DNA of 43,136 nucleotides from an uncultured Muribaculaceae bacterium (GTDB lineage Bacteria > Bacillota_I > Bacilli_A > RF39 > UBA660). The notes under the pieces were generated by a model. That model searched no databases and was not told the DNA's origin. It saw nothing but the letters and a program-made list of their open reading frames with translations. Made by a program: the position numbers and the translations under genes. The stretch spans positions 1 through 43,136 of the forward strand of contig CAYJEI010000002.1 of the NCBI GenBank assembly GCA_964369155.1. The letters run 5' to 3'. How positions within the stretch are numbered: position 1 is the first letter of the stretch; each line of letters starts with the position of its first letter. This document shows positions 18,823-27,698 of this stretch, piece by piece.

Positions 18823-19935
18823 ATGAATAAAAAAGATTATTATAAAACTTTAGGAGTCGATAAAAATGCAAGTGATGCAGAAATAAAATCTGCATTTAGA
18901 AAACTTGCAAAAGAATATCATCCTGATAAAAATAAAGAAGCAGGAGCCGAAGCTAAATTTAAAGAAATAGGTGAAGCGTATGCTGTGTTATCAGATCCTA
19001 AAAAGAAAGCTAATTATGATCAATTTGGTACAGCTGATGGTCCTACTGGATTTGGTGGTGGTCATGGAGGCTTTGATCCGGGAGATATAGATTTAGATTC
19101 TATTCTAAGAGATTTTTTCGGAGGAGGCTTTTCATCAAGTGGATTTGGTGGTTCTAGAAGAAGTTCAAACGGCGCTAGACGTGGAGCAGATATGAGAATT
19201 GCTATTGATTTAACTTTTGAAGAATCGGTTTATGGATGTGAAAAAGATATAAGGTTAACTCTTGATGATGATTGTGAAAAATGTAGTGGTAAAGGTGGGT
19301 TTGGTGAATCAACATGTAAAACTTGTGGTGGTCATGGTAAGGTTATAGCTGAGCAAGCAACACTTTTTGGAATGATGCAAACAGAAAAACTTTGCCCATC
19401 TTGTAAAGGTAAAGGTAAATCTTATGAAACTAGATGTAATTCTTGTAAAGGATCTGGTAGAATTTCTAAAGATAAGACTATAACAATAACAGTTCCAGAA
19501 GGAATTGATAATGGTCATGAACTTAGAATGAGTGGTAAAGGAGAAAAAGGTCATAATGGGGGACCAGCTGGAGATATTTATCTGCAGTTTAGAGTAAAAG
19601 AACACGCTATTTTTGAAAGAGAAGGTGATGATATTTACTTAGAAGTACCTATTACAGTTGCTCAAGCAGCACTAGGTATTAAAAAAGAAATACCTACAAT
19701 ACATGGGAATGTATATTTAGATATAGAAGCTGGAACACAAAATTACACAAAATTAAAACTAAAAGGAAAAGGTGTAAAAAACGTAAGAGGATCTCATAAA
19801 GGAGATATGTATGCAGTTATTAACGTAATAGTTCCTGAAAAACTTAGTAGAAAACAAAAAGATTTATTCAAAGAATTAGATAAAACTGATTTAGAAGATG
19901 AAAAAGTATTTAAAACTTTTGATAAATTTTTATAA
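18823..19935 (+). CDS. dnaJ: Co-chaperone DnaJ
   Basis: J-domain with HPDKN, a G/F-rich linker and four CxxCxGxG repeats (CEKCSGKG, CKTCGGHG, CPSCKGKG, CNSCKGSG). Confidence 0.97.
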   Translation: MNKKDYYKTLGVDKNASDAEIKSAFRKLAKEYHPDKNKEAGAEAKFKEIGEAYAVLSDPKKKANYDQFGTADGPTGFGGGHGGFDPGDIDLDSILRDFFGGGFSSSGFGGSRRSSNGARRGADMRIAIDLTFEESVYGCEKDIRLTLDDDCEKCSGKGGFGESTCKTCGGHGKVIAEQATLFGMMQTEKLCPSCKGKGKSYETRCNSCKGSGRISKDKTITITVPEGIDNGHELRMSGKGEKGHNGGPAGDIYLQFRVKEHAIFEREGDDIYLEVPITVAQAALGIKKEIPTIHGNVYLDIEAGTQNYTKLKLKGKGVKNVRGSHKGDMYAVINVIVPEKLSRKQKDLFKELDKTDLEDEKVFKTFDKFL

Positions 19936-19955
19936 CAAGGAAATTCCTTGTTTTT
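19934..19955 (+). terminator. Rho-independent terminator after dnaJ
   Basis: AACAAGG-aaatt-CCTTGTT followed by TTT. It overlaps the TTG start at 19948 given in the ORF track. Confidence 0.7.
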
Positions 19956-19992
19956 AATTGACTTTATTTCTAATTATAAGTATACTTATGTT

Positions 19993-21213
19993 ATGAGAAA
20001 AAGATTTAAAATACCACTTGCATTTATTACTTCTCTTCTTATGTTATGCATAGGTGTTTTTATAATTTACTATATATATTTAGAAGTATTAGTTCCCGGT
20101 AGTATCGAAGTAGATGCTCCTCTTTCAATCAACTATATTAATAATAAAACATTTAGTGAAGAGAATTATGAAAATATTAATTTTGATGTAACCAACAATG
20201 GAGTTGAAAGTGAATATTTTTTTATTTCATTTAATCAAGTTGAAACCAATTATGATGCCAAATATGTCCTTACATCGGATAAAGATTTCTCAACAGATGG
20301 TATAATAAAAAATGAGCAAATAACAGAATTTATTATAATTGAACCGGGAGAAACACATAGTTTTATTCTTAATATAACATATGAAAAAAATAAAATTTTA
20401 AGTGGAGAGATAGAAGTATCAAGAGAAGACGATATTAATGATACATTTAATGAAATAATTATATCTAATAATGAAGTTAAAGATAATTCAGTAACAACCA
20501 TAGCTAGTCAAATTTCGACTTCAAATGAAGGATTAATAAAGAACATAAGTGATGAAGGTACTATTTATTATTTTAGAGGAAATGTGGTAAACAATTATGT
20601 GTCTTTTGCGGATGAATTATGGCGTATAGTACGTATAAATTCAGATGGTTCAGTTAAAATGATATTAAATGGAGAAATAGGTACAATGTATTCGTATTAT
20701 ACAAGTGCAACTAGTTATGAATATAATTCTTCAAATGTAAAAGATATTTTAGGTCAGTGGTATTCAACGCATTTAGAATATTATAGTGATTATATTTCAA
20801 ATCATAGTTATTGTAATGACAATTCAGTAGTAGATTCATTAAATGGAACATTAGCGCCATACAATAGAGCAAATATTGACATGGTAGCATCATTTAGTTG
20901 TTTAGGAGAAAAGATAAATTTAAAAATAGGACTTTTAACAATTGATGAAGCTTTATTTGCTGGACTATCAAGCGTTGCTGAAAATAATTTAACATATTTA
21001 AATAATGATAATATAGTAAACGATTATTATTTAATGAGTGGTTCGTCAATAACTGAATTTGAATATAGACCGTTTATTATAACTCCAGAAGGAAAAATAA
21101 GTGAATCAACAGGAACATTGTTAAATGGAATTAGACCAGTAATTAATTTGTCTAAAAATATAACAGTAAGTGGAATAGGAACAATAGATAATCCATATAT
21201 AGTAAGTGAGTGA
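19993..21213 (+). CDS. Exported/membrane-anchored protein, divergent paralog family member P3
   Basis: ATG at 19993 (MRKRFKIPLAFITSLLMLCIGVFIIYY). Shares YYFRGNVVNNYVSF..LWRIVRINSDGSVKMI, GLLTIDEA, GIRPVINLS and SGIGTIDNPYIV with P1, P2 and P4. No clear RBS. Confidence 0.8.
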   Translation: MRKRFKIPLAFITSLLMLCIGVFIIYYIYLEVLVPGSIEVDAPLSINYINNKTFSEENYENINFDVTNNGVESEYFFISFNQVETNYDAKYVLTSDKDFSTDGIIKNEQITEFIIIEPGETHSFILNITYEKNKILSGEIEVSREDDINDTFNEIIISNNEVKDNSVTTIASQISTSNEGLIKNISDEGTIYYFRGNVVNNYVSFADELWRIVRINSDGSVKMILNGEIGTMYSYYTSATSYEYNSSNVKDILGQWYSTHLEYYSDYISNHSYCNDNSVVDSLNGTLAPYNRANIDMVASFSCLGEKINLKIGLLTIDEALFAGLSSVAENNLTYLNNDNIVNDYYLMSGSSITEFEYRPFIITPEGKISESTGTLLNGIRPVINLSKNITVSGIGTIDNPYIVSE

Positions 21214-21226
21214 TTGTAAAGAATTG

Positions 21227-21240
21227 ACAAGTATACTTGT
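21227..21240. repeat. Perfect 14-nt palindrome ACAAGTATACTTGT downstream of P3 (weak terminator hairpin or protein-binding site)
   Basis: Read directly. A TTTTT run follows after 4 nt. Confidence 0.35.
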
Positions 21241-21278
21241 AAACTTTTTACGTAGTACTTACTTTTTTTTATAAAAAA

Positions 21279-21287
21279 TGTTAAAAT
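21279..21287 (+). promoter_or_regulatory. Extended -10 element TGtTAAAAT
   Basis: About 19 nt upstream of the 21306 start. Confidence 0.4.
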
Positions 21288-21305
21288 ATATTTGTAGGTG
21301 AGAAA

Positions 21306-21794
21306 ATGCAATTATTAGACGATATAACAAGCTTTGTAAGTACTTTGACTTTTATAGATTTTGCTTTCTTTTTTGCAGTGATAGTACTTTTAGTACTTAT
21401 AGTAACACTTATGTATTTTATAAAAGTAAACGAAGAAGTGCTTAAAAATAGTAGAGAGCCAGTTAAACCCAAAAGTGAACTGGAACTTATAAATGACGCA
21501 ATAAAAAAAGATGCAGAAAGAGAAGCTGTAAGGTTTACTACTTTCGAAGAAGAGCAAGAAGAAAAAGCTATAATTAGTTATGATGAACTTGTTAAAAAAA
21601 GTAAAAATTATGATTTGAATTATATAGAAGAAAAGAAAATAGATGATTTAGTTGTTAAACAGGTTAATCTAGATGACATGCTTTCGAAAAAAGAAAGTAA
21701 GCAACCAATAATTGAGCCAATCAGAGTTATTAGTTATAAAAAAGAAGAAGAGTTCTTAAAAGCTCTTAAAAATTTACAATCAATATTAAGTTAG
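21306..21794 (+). CDS. Single-pass membrane protein with an acidic/charged cytoplasmic tail, unknown function
   Basis: 162 aa with AGGTGAG RBS. TM segment FIDFAFFFAVIVLLVLIVTLMYFI. Confidence 0.75.
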   Translation: MQLLDDITSFVSTLTFIDFAFFFAVIVLLVLIVTLMYFIKVNEEVLKNSREPVKPKSELELINDAIKKDAEREAVRFTTFEEEQEEKAIISYDELVKKSKNYDLNYIEEKKIDDLVVKQVNLDDMLSKKESKQPIIEPIRVISYKKEEEFLKALKNLQSILS

Positions 21795-21803
21795 GGGGAA
21801 AAT

Positions 21804-23045
21804 ATGAAGTTTTATATTGAAACAATAGGATGTAAAGTTAATCTTTATGAATCAGAATTTGTTAAACAATCCCTTTTAAAAGAGGGTTTTTTTCAGTGTG
21901 GAAAAAATGAAAAAGCAGATGTTATCATACTAAATACATGCAGTGTTACAAATACAAGTGATAGTAAGTGTTTAAAAATAGCTAGAAGGTTAAAAAGAGA
22001 AAATGAAAAAGCTCTATTTGTAGTTTGTGGGTGTAGTACTCAAAATGATAAAAAAGCTTATGAATTAATGGATATAGATATAATATTAGGTAATAAAGAC
22101 AAAGCTTTAATACCTAAATTAATTAAAAATTTAAAAAAAGATACAAAAAGTATAAACATAAGTGATCCTAATAAGTTTGAGTTTGAAAATATGTATATTG
22201 ATACATTTGCTCAAACAAGGGCATATATAAAAATTCAAGATGGTTGTGAAAATTTTTGTTCTTACTGTGTTATACCATATGTTAGGGGAAGAGTAAGGTT
22301 TAAAGAATATAATAAAGTTATTAAAGAAGCTGAGGGTTTAGCTCTTAATAATTATAAAGAAATAGTACTAACTGGAATACATACAGGTTCGTATCCAAAT
22401 TTACCTAATTTAATTAATGATATCAGTAAAATATCCGGAATTAAACGAATTAGAATTTCAAGTATTGAAATTACAGAGCTTAAAGAAGAATTTATGAATG
22501 TATTAAAAGATAATAAAGTGTTATGTGATCATTTACACATACCTCTACAAGCTGGTAGTGATAGTATTTTAAAAAGAATGAATAGAAAGTATGATACAAA
22601 AACATATGAAGCAATTATAAACAAAATCAGAAATATTAGACCTGGTATAAATATATCAACGGATGTGATTGTGGGGCATCCTTATGAAACTGATTTAAAT
22701 TTTGAAGAAACAATTAATTTTTGTAAAAAAATTAAATTCTCAAAAATACATGTATTTCCATACTCTGATAGAAATGGAACACTAGCTAGTAAAATGGAAG
22801 AACATGTAAATCCTACAGTAATTAAAGACAGATCTAAAAAACTTATTGAAGTAAGTGAAATATTAGAAAAAGATTATATAAGAAAATTTTACGATGAAAA
22901 ACATGATGTGTTAATTGAAGATATAAAAGATTCTTATAGTATAGGTCATACAAGTAATTTTCTTAAAATAAAATGTGACAAAAGTTTCAAAAGAAATGAA
23001 TTTTATGAAATTAAATTAACAAAAGAAAACTGTCTGAAAAACTAA
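21804..23045 (+). CDS. mtaB: Radical-SAM methylthiotransferase, MiaB-like tRNA modifying enzyme (MtaB/YqeV type)
   Basis: N-terminal TCSVTN, radical-SAM CENFCSYCVIP and a TRAM-like C-terminus. Its position downstream of dnaJ matches the Bacillus dnaK-operon synteny. Confidence 0.85.
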   Translation: MKFYIETIGCKVNLYESEFVKQSLLKEGFFQCGKNEKADVIILNTCSVTNTSDSKCLKIARRLKRENEKALFVVCGCSTQNDKKAYELMDIDIILGNKDKALIPKLIKNLKKDTKSINISDPNKFEFENMYIDTFAQTRAYIKIQDGCENFCSYCVIPYVRGRVRFKEYNKVIKEAEGLALNNYKEIVLTGIHTGSYPNLPNLINDISKISGIKRIRISSIEITELKEEFMNVLKDNKVLCDHLHIPLQAGSDSILKRMNRKYDTKTYEAIINKIRNIRPGINISTDVIVGHPYETDLNFEETINFCKKIKFSKIHVFPYSDRNGTLASKMEEHVNPTVIKDRSKKLIEVSEILEKDYIRKFYDEKHDVLIEDIKDSYSIGHTSNFLKIKCDKSFKRNEFYEIKLTKENCLKN

Positions 23046-23050
23046 ATCTA

Positions 23051-23086
23051 AAAAATGCCATAATTAACAAATAGTTTGGCATTTTT
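23051..23086 (+). terminator. Rho-independent terminator after mtaB
   Basis: AAATGCCA-16 nt loop-TGGCATTT followed by TT. Confidence 0.55.
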
Positions 23087-23088
23087 AT

Positions 23089-23117
23089 TTGACAAAAATA
23101 ACAAAATAGTTTAAAAT
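23089..23117 (+). promoter_or_regulatory. Promoter TTGACA-17 nt-TAAAAT for the regulator-sufCB unit
   Basis: TTGACA at 23089-23094, TAAAAT at 23112-23117. Confidence 0.65.
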
Positions 23118-23133
23118 GTTAACTGTGGTTAAC
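23118..23133. promoter_or_regulatory. Candidate operator GTTAAC-TGTG-GTTAAC immediately after the -10
   Basis: Two copies of the self-complementary hexamer, 4 nt apart, located where a repressor would occlude RNA polymerase. Confidence 0.4.
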
Positions 23134-23147
23134 TTTTAGGAGGATTT

Positions 23148-23645
23148 ATGAATTCTACAATAAATTTATATTTAAAAACAATGTATTTGCTTGAAATTAA
23201 TTTAGGTAAAATTAGAGTTACTGATGTGGCGTTAAAATTGGGTTTTACTAAATCTAGTGTATCAAAAATATTGAATAAATTAAAAAATGAGGGTTATATC
23301 ATATACGAAAGTTATGGAAGTATATGTTTAACTGACAAAGCTATAAATTTAGCAAAAGAAGTACTATATAAAGAAGATATTTTAGAACTATTTTTAGTAG
23401 GTGTTTTAGATGTCCCTCTAGAAAAAGTGAAAAATGATATTGATGTCATCAGCAATCATTTATCCATTGAAACAAGAGATAATCTAAAAGAATACTTAAG
23501 AAAAAGTTTAAGAATAGATGATAAGGCATGTGGTACAAGTAAATCTTGCAAAATTTGTGAAATAAAAAAACTTAAAAATAAAGTTACAGCAAATAAAAAG
23601 TGGAAAAATATATTAGAGGAGGACAAAAATGTTGTTAGAACTTAA
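23148..23645 (+). CDS. DtxR/MntR-family metal-dependent transcriptional regulator
   Basis: YLKTMYLLE...VTDVALKLGFTKSSVSKILNKLKNEGYI...LTDKAINLAKEVLYKEDILELFL is a DtxR-type wHTH plus dimerisation helix. The Cys-rich tail is CGTSKSCKICE. AGGAGG RBS. Confidence 0.85.
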   Translation: MNSTINLYLKTMYLLEINLGKIRVTDVALKLGFTKSSVSKILNKLKNEGYIIYESYGSICLTDKAINLAKEVLYKEDILELFLVGVLDVPLEKVKNDIDVISNHLSIETRDNLKEYLRKSLRIDDKACGTSKSCKICEIKKLKNKVTANKKWKNILEEDKNVVRT

Positions 23646-24300
23646 AGATATTTGTTTAGAAAAAGATGGAAAAAAAATTTTAGATAACATCAATTTAAAA
23701 ATAGATTATAATAAATTTATTGCGATTACTGGTCCTAATGGAAGTGGTAAAAGTAGTTTAGCTAAAGTAATTATGGGGATAGTAAATCCTACGAGTGGAA
23801 AAATAATATATAATGGAATAGACATTACAGATATAGATGTCACTAATAGAGCAAACTTAGGTATTAGTTTTGCATTTCAACAACCAGTTAAATTCAAAGG
23901 TTTAACAGTGTATGATTTGTTAAGGTTTGCAGCTCCATTTTACCTTGATAAAGAAGACGCATCATTACTTCTTGAAAATGTTGGTTTAAATGCTGAAGAA
24001 TACATAGACAGGGACTTAGACGAAAGTTTATCAGGAGGAGAGCATAAACGTATTGAGCTTGCAACAGTATTGCTAAAAGATAGTTTATTAACTATCTTCG
24101 ATGAACCAGAAGCTGGAATTGATTTATGGAGTTTTAATGAGTTAATTGAACTTTTTGAAAATTATAAAAAACAAAATACTTCAACAGTTATCATATCTCA
24201 CCAAGAAAAAATACTTAAAATAGCAGAAGAAATTATTTTAATTGAAAAAGGTAAGATAAAAAAAGTTGGAACATTTAGTGAGGTAACAAGTAATGAATAA
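23629..24300 (+). CDS. sufC: Fe-S cluster assembly ATPase SufC-like (ABC ATPase)
   Basis: Walker A GPNGSGKSS, signature LSGGEHKR, Walker B TIFDEPEAGID. The start overlaps the regulator gene by 17 nt. Confidence 0.9.
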   Translation: MLLELKDICLEKDGKKILDNINLKIDYNKFIAITGPNGSGKSSLAKVIMGIVNPTSGKIIYNGIDITDIDVTNRANLGISFAFQQPVKFKGLTVYDLLRFAAPFYLDKEDASLLLENVGLNAEEYIDRDLDESLSGGEHKRIELATVLLKDSLLTIFDEPEAGIDLWSFNELIELFENYKKQNTSTVIISHQEKILKIAEEIILIEKGKIKKVGTFSEVTSNE

Positions 24301-25225
24301 ATATTTAGAAAAATTATCTAAAGAGGAAGTTGACATACTTAAAAATATAACAGAAGTAGAAAATATTTCTAGTGGGGCATATAACATAAGACTTAATGGT
24401 AAACTTTTTACTAGAAGCGTAAGTGAAGATGTAAATATAAAACCTAAAGAAGATGTCGATGGAATTGATTTATATATTAAAGAAAATGCTGTAGATGCCA
24501 AAGCTTATATCCCAGTTATTGTAAGTGAAGGTAACATAAATGATAAAGTTTACAATGATTTTTATATAGGAGATAATGCAACTGTACATATATACGCTGG
24601 GTGTGGAGTTTACACTGAAGCGCACACTCACTCTGAGCATTCAGGTATTCATAGATTTTATATTGGAAAAAATTCAAAAGTAAAATATACTGAAAATCAT
24701 TTTGGTCATGGCTCAGGAGATAATACTCTTAATCCTGTTACTGAAATATATATGGAAAATGGTAGTGACTTTGAAATGAATACAACTCAAATTCAAGGTG
24801 TAACATCTACTATTAGAGAAACAAAAGCTGTTTTGAAAGAAAATACTAAATTGGTAGTTAAAGAAAATATTAAAACACATGCTGAGCAATTTGCTAAAAC
24901 TATTTTTAATGTTACTTTAGAAGGTCAAGAATCGAGTTGTCATGTAATATCAAGAGCTGTGGCAACAGATGATTCTGCACAAGAATTTTACTCAACATTA
25001 GTAGGTAATGCAAAATCATATGCCCATAGTGAGTGTGATGCCATACTTGAAGGTAACGGTGTAGCACTTGCTAAACCAACAGTTATAGCTAACAGTGCTG
25101 ATGCAAGACTTATACATGAAGCAACTATAGGTAAAATAGCCGGAGATCAGTTAATTAAACTTATGACACTTGGTTTATCTGAAGAAGAAGCTGAGGCTGT
25201 CATTATAAATGGTTTTTTAAGATAG
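24293..25225 (+). CDS. Short SufB/SufD-family Fe-S assembly scaffold protein (310 aa)
   Basis: C-terminal RLIHEATIGKIAGDQLIKLMTLGLSEEEAEAVIINGFL is the SufB/D signature. Overlaps sufC by 8 nt. Confidence 0.85.
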   Translation: MNKYLEKLSKEEVDILKNITEVENISSGAYNIRLNGKLFTRSVSEDVNIKPKEDVDGIDLYIKENAVDAKAYIPVIVSEGNINDKVYNDFYIGDNATVHIYAGCGVYTEAHTHSEHSGIHRFYIGKNSKVKYTENHFGHGSGDNTLNPVTEIYMENGSDFEMNTTQIQGVTSTIRETKAVLKENTKLVVKENIKTHAEQFAKTIFNVTLEGQESSCHVISRAVATDDSAQEFYSTLVGNAKSYAHSECDAILEGNGVALAKPTVIANSADARLIHEATIGKIAGDQLIKLMTLGLSEEEAEAVIINGFLR

Positions 25226-25226
25226 G

Positions 25227-25250
25227 AAAGTAATTTATTTTACTTTTTTT
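25227..25250 (+). terminator. Rho-independent terminator
   Basis: AAAGTAA-tttat-TTACTTT followed by TTTTT. Confidence 0.55.
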
Positions 25251-25263
25251 ATTTTACTTAAAA

Positions 25264-25272
25264 TGTTATAAT
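25264..25272 (+). promoter_or_regulatory. Extended -10 element TGtTATAAT upstream of recD2
   Basis: Read directly, 17 nt before the ATG. Confidence 0.45.
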
Positions 25273-25288
25273 TACTTAAAGAGGTTTT

Positions 25289-27460
25289 ATGAAAACAATA
25301 ACTGGAAAAATAAAAAAAATAATTTATCAAAATGAGGATAACGGCTATACTGTAGCTCTTTTTAAAGTTCAATCAAGTGATGTCCAAAATTTAAAAGATA
25401 CAACTGTGCAAGTTATAGGGAATTTTTTTGATTTAAAATATGACTGTTTAATGGAAATAAATGGAGATTATGAACTAAATCAAAAATATAATCGTTACCA
25501 GTTTAGTTCAAAAAATTACTGTATGGTAATGCCGTCAACTGAAGATAAAATCTTAGAATTTTTAAAAAGCTCTTTTATAAATGGATGTGGGATAAAAACT
25601 GCTGAAGCAATAGTTGATATGTATGGCAAAGATACTTTAAATAAAATAAAAGATTATGAAAATATCTTAAAAGTTCCAGGTATGACTGAAAAAAAAGCTA
25701 TGAAAATCCATGATTCAGTTATTAGTTATGATAAAACTAGTGACTTGATAATAAAACTTGAAAGTGCAGGTTTCAGTGTTGAAGAATCAGCTAGAATTAT
25801 TAATAAATTTAAAGATAGAACGACAAAAATATTAGAAAATAGTTTTTACGATTTTAAAGAAGTAATAGATTTTAAAAAACTAGACCACTTATATCAATGT
25901 AAAAATGACAGTAATTCTAATGAACGAATTTATCATTGTACATTAGAAGCAATGGAAAATATAAGTTTTAGTGAAGGACATACGTATTATGATAAGGAAT
26001 TAGTATTAAAATATCTTAGAAATATGTATAATGTTAATATTTTAGAAGAATCCTTTGACGATGTTATTAAAATATTATGTAAGGATGAAAAAGTAGTTAA
26101 TTTAGATAATAAACTGTATTTGATGCAGTACTATGAAGCAGAAAAAACTGTAGCAACTAACTTAAAATTATTAAGTGATCGCAAAATAATAAAAATTAAA
26201 AAATTTGATGAAAAAATTATTGCATTAGAAAAAAGACTAGGGATAGATTATGATACTATTCAAGAAAGTGCAATAAAGGCTGCACTAAATAATTCTGTTA
26301 CTATATTATCAGGGGGCCCTGGTACTGGTAAAACTACAATATTAAATGCAATACTTAAAATGTATCTAGAAGAAAATAAAGATGGGGCCGTGGATGTTGC
26401 CTTAATAGCACCAACAGGAAGAGCTAGTAAAAAAATGAGTATGTCTACAGGTTTATCAGCATCTACAATTCATAGTTATTTAAAATGGCATAAAGAAACA
26501 GATTCATTTTTATATGATGAATTTAATCACACTTCACATAAATTTATAGTTGTGGATGAAGCATCTATGATAGATATAAAACTATTTTCTGCACTTTTAA
26601 AAGCTATTAGAAAAGATGCTCAGCTTATATTAGTAGGAGATGCATTTCAGCTTCCATCGGTAAGTGCTGGTCGTGTTTTAAACGATCTTATTGAAAGTGA
26701 TTTGTTTCAATTTGTATCATTAACAAAAATTTATAGACAAAGTGAAAATTCTTTTATACCTTATTTAGCAAAAGAAATAAAAAATGGTGAACTTGAAGAA
26801 GATTTTTTAAGTAAAAAAGATGATTATAATTTTATAAATTGTGATAAAAATAATTTAAGCAATATGATTAAAGAAGTAATATTAAATGCCAAAAGCAAAA
26901 AGATAAGCGAAGATAGCATACAAGTTTTAGCTCCAATGTATAAAGGAGAAAACGGCATTGATAATTTAAATTATTTTTTAAGGGAAGTATATAACCCTAG
27001 AAGTAATTCTAAAAAAGAAGTTGTATACAATGATATTACTTACAGGGAAAATGATAAAGTATTACAACTTATTAATGATCCAGATAATGATGTTTTTAAT
27101 GGGGATATAGGTTACATCAAAAATATAAATTCCGGCATAAAAACTTTTATTGATATTGAGTTTGAAGATTCTCTTGTTACTATTGAGAAAAAAAGTCTTA
27201 AAAATATAAAACACGCATATGCAATTACAATTCATAAATCACAAGGTAGTGAATTTGAACATGTTATTATGCCAATTAGTAGTGAATATTATATGATGAT
27301 GTTCAATAAATTGTTATATACAGGAGTATCTAGGGCAAAAAAATCTTTAGTTTTAATAGGTGATGTAAACGTATTTGCGAGGGGAGTTCAGAACAATAGA
27401 GCTGATTTTAGAAATACTTCTCTTAAAACATTTCTAAATAGTATATTTTTAGATAACTAG
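25289..27460 (+). CDS. recD2: RecD2-type (RecD/TraA family) ATP-dependent DNA helicase
   Basis: 723 aa. Walker A SGGPGTGKTT, DEASMID, LVGDAFQLPSV and AITIHKSQGSEF are SF1B motifs. Confidence 0.9.
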   Translation: MKTITGKIKKIIYQNEDNGYTVALFKVQSSDVQNLKDTTVQVIGNFFDLKYDCLMEINGDYELNQKYNRYQFSSKNYCMVMPSTEDKILEFLKSSFINGCGIKTAEAIVDMYGKDTLNKIKDYENILKVPGMTEKKAMKIHDSVISYDKTSDLIIKLESAGFSVEESARIINKFKDRTTKILENSFYDFKEVIDFKKLDHLYQCKNDSNSNERIYHCTLEAMENISFSEGHTYYDKELVLKYLRNMYNVNILEESFDDVIKILCKDEKVVNLDNKLYLMQYYEAEKTVATNLKLLSDRKIIKIKKFDEKIIALEKRLGIDYDTIQESAIKAALNNSVTILSGGPGTGKTTILNAILKMYLEENKDGAVDVALIAPTGRASKKMSMSTGLSASTIHSYLKWHKETDSFLYDEFNHTSHKFIVVDEASMIDIKLFSALLKAIRKDAQLILVGDAFQLPSVSAGRVLNDLIESDLFQFVSLTKIYRQSENSFIPYLAKEIKNGELEEDFLSKKDDYNFINCDKNNLSNMIKEVILNAKSKKISEDSIQVLAPMYKGENGIDNLNYFLREVYNPRSNSKKEVVYNDITYRENDKVLQLINDPDNDVFNGDIGYIKNINSGIKTFIDIEFEDSLVTIEKKSLKNIKHAYAITIHKSQGSEFEHVIMPISSEYYMMMFNKLLYTGVSRAKKSLVLIGDVNVFARGVQNNRADFRNTSLKTFLNSIFLDN

Positions 27461-27486
27461 GTTATACTAGTACTGAGGTGTTGAAA

Positions 27487-27648
27487 GTGAATAAAAAAAA
27501 TATGGTAATAGGTGGTCTTGCTCTTGGCATAATGGGTGGTGCTACAGTATATTTTATGGCAAATAAAAAAGCTAGAAGAAAAGCACAAAAATTTGCAAAA
27601 GTAGCTTATGAAGATGCTACAAATTATTTTGATAAAATGGATAACTAA
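27487..27648 (+). CDS. Small (53 aa) membrane protein not in the ORF track: VNKKNMVIGGLALGIMGGATVYFMANKKARRKAQKFAKVAYEDATNYFDKMDN (YtxH-like appearance)
   Basis: GTG start 7 nt after GAGGTG (in-frame ATG at 27502). One Gly-rich TM helix plus a basic amphipathic tail, followed by a terminator. Confidence 0.5.
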   Translation: MNKKNMVIGGLALGIMGGATVYFMANKKARRKAQKFAKVAYEDATNYFDKMDN

Positions 27649-27663
27649 GTTATCTTTTTTTTT
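27640..27663 (+). terminator. Terminator overlapping the small-ORF stop
   Basis: GATAA-ctaag-TTATC followed by a 9-T run. Confidence 0.5.
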
Positions 27664-27674
27664 ATTTATTTTTA

Positions 27675-27683
27675 TGATATACT
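27675..27683 (+). promoter_or_regulatory. Extended -10 element TGaTATACT upstream of cmk
   Basis: Read directly. Confidence 0.4.
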
Positions 27684-27698
27684 TTTTATGGAGGACTT

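Noticed and set aside
19309-19605. 98-aa minus-strand ORF inside dnaJ
   Set aside because: It is antisense to the Cys-rich zinc-finger region of an unambiguous dnaJ.
19948-19992. TTG start at 19948 for P3, as given in the ORF track
   Set aside because: It lies inside the dnaJ terminator hairpin and T-run (19934-19955). The encoded MFLIDFISNYKYTYV has no counterpart in the paralogs, so the ATG at 19993 is used.
21027-21472. Minus-strand ORFs 21027-21311 and 21281-21472
   Set aside because: They span the P3 3' end, its terminator region and the 5' end of the next + gene. They have no RBS and are antisense artefacts.
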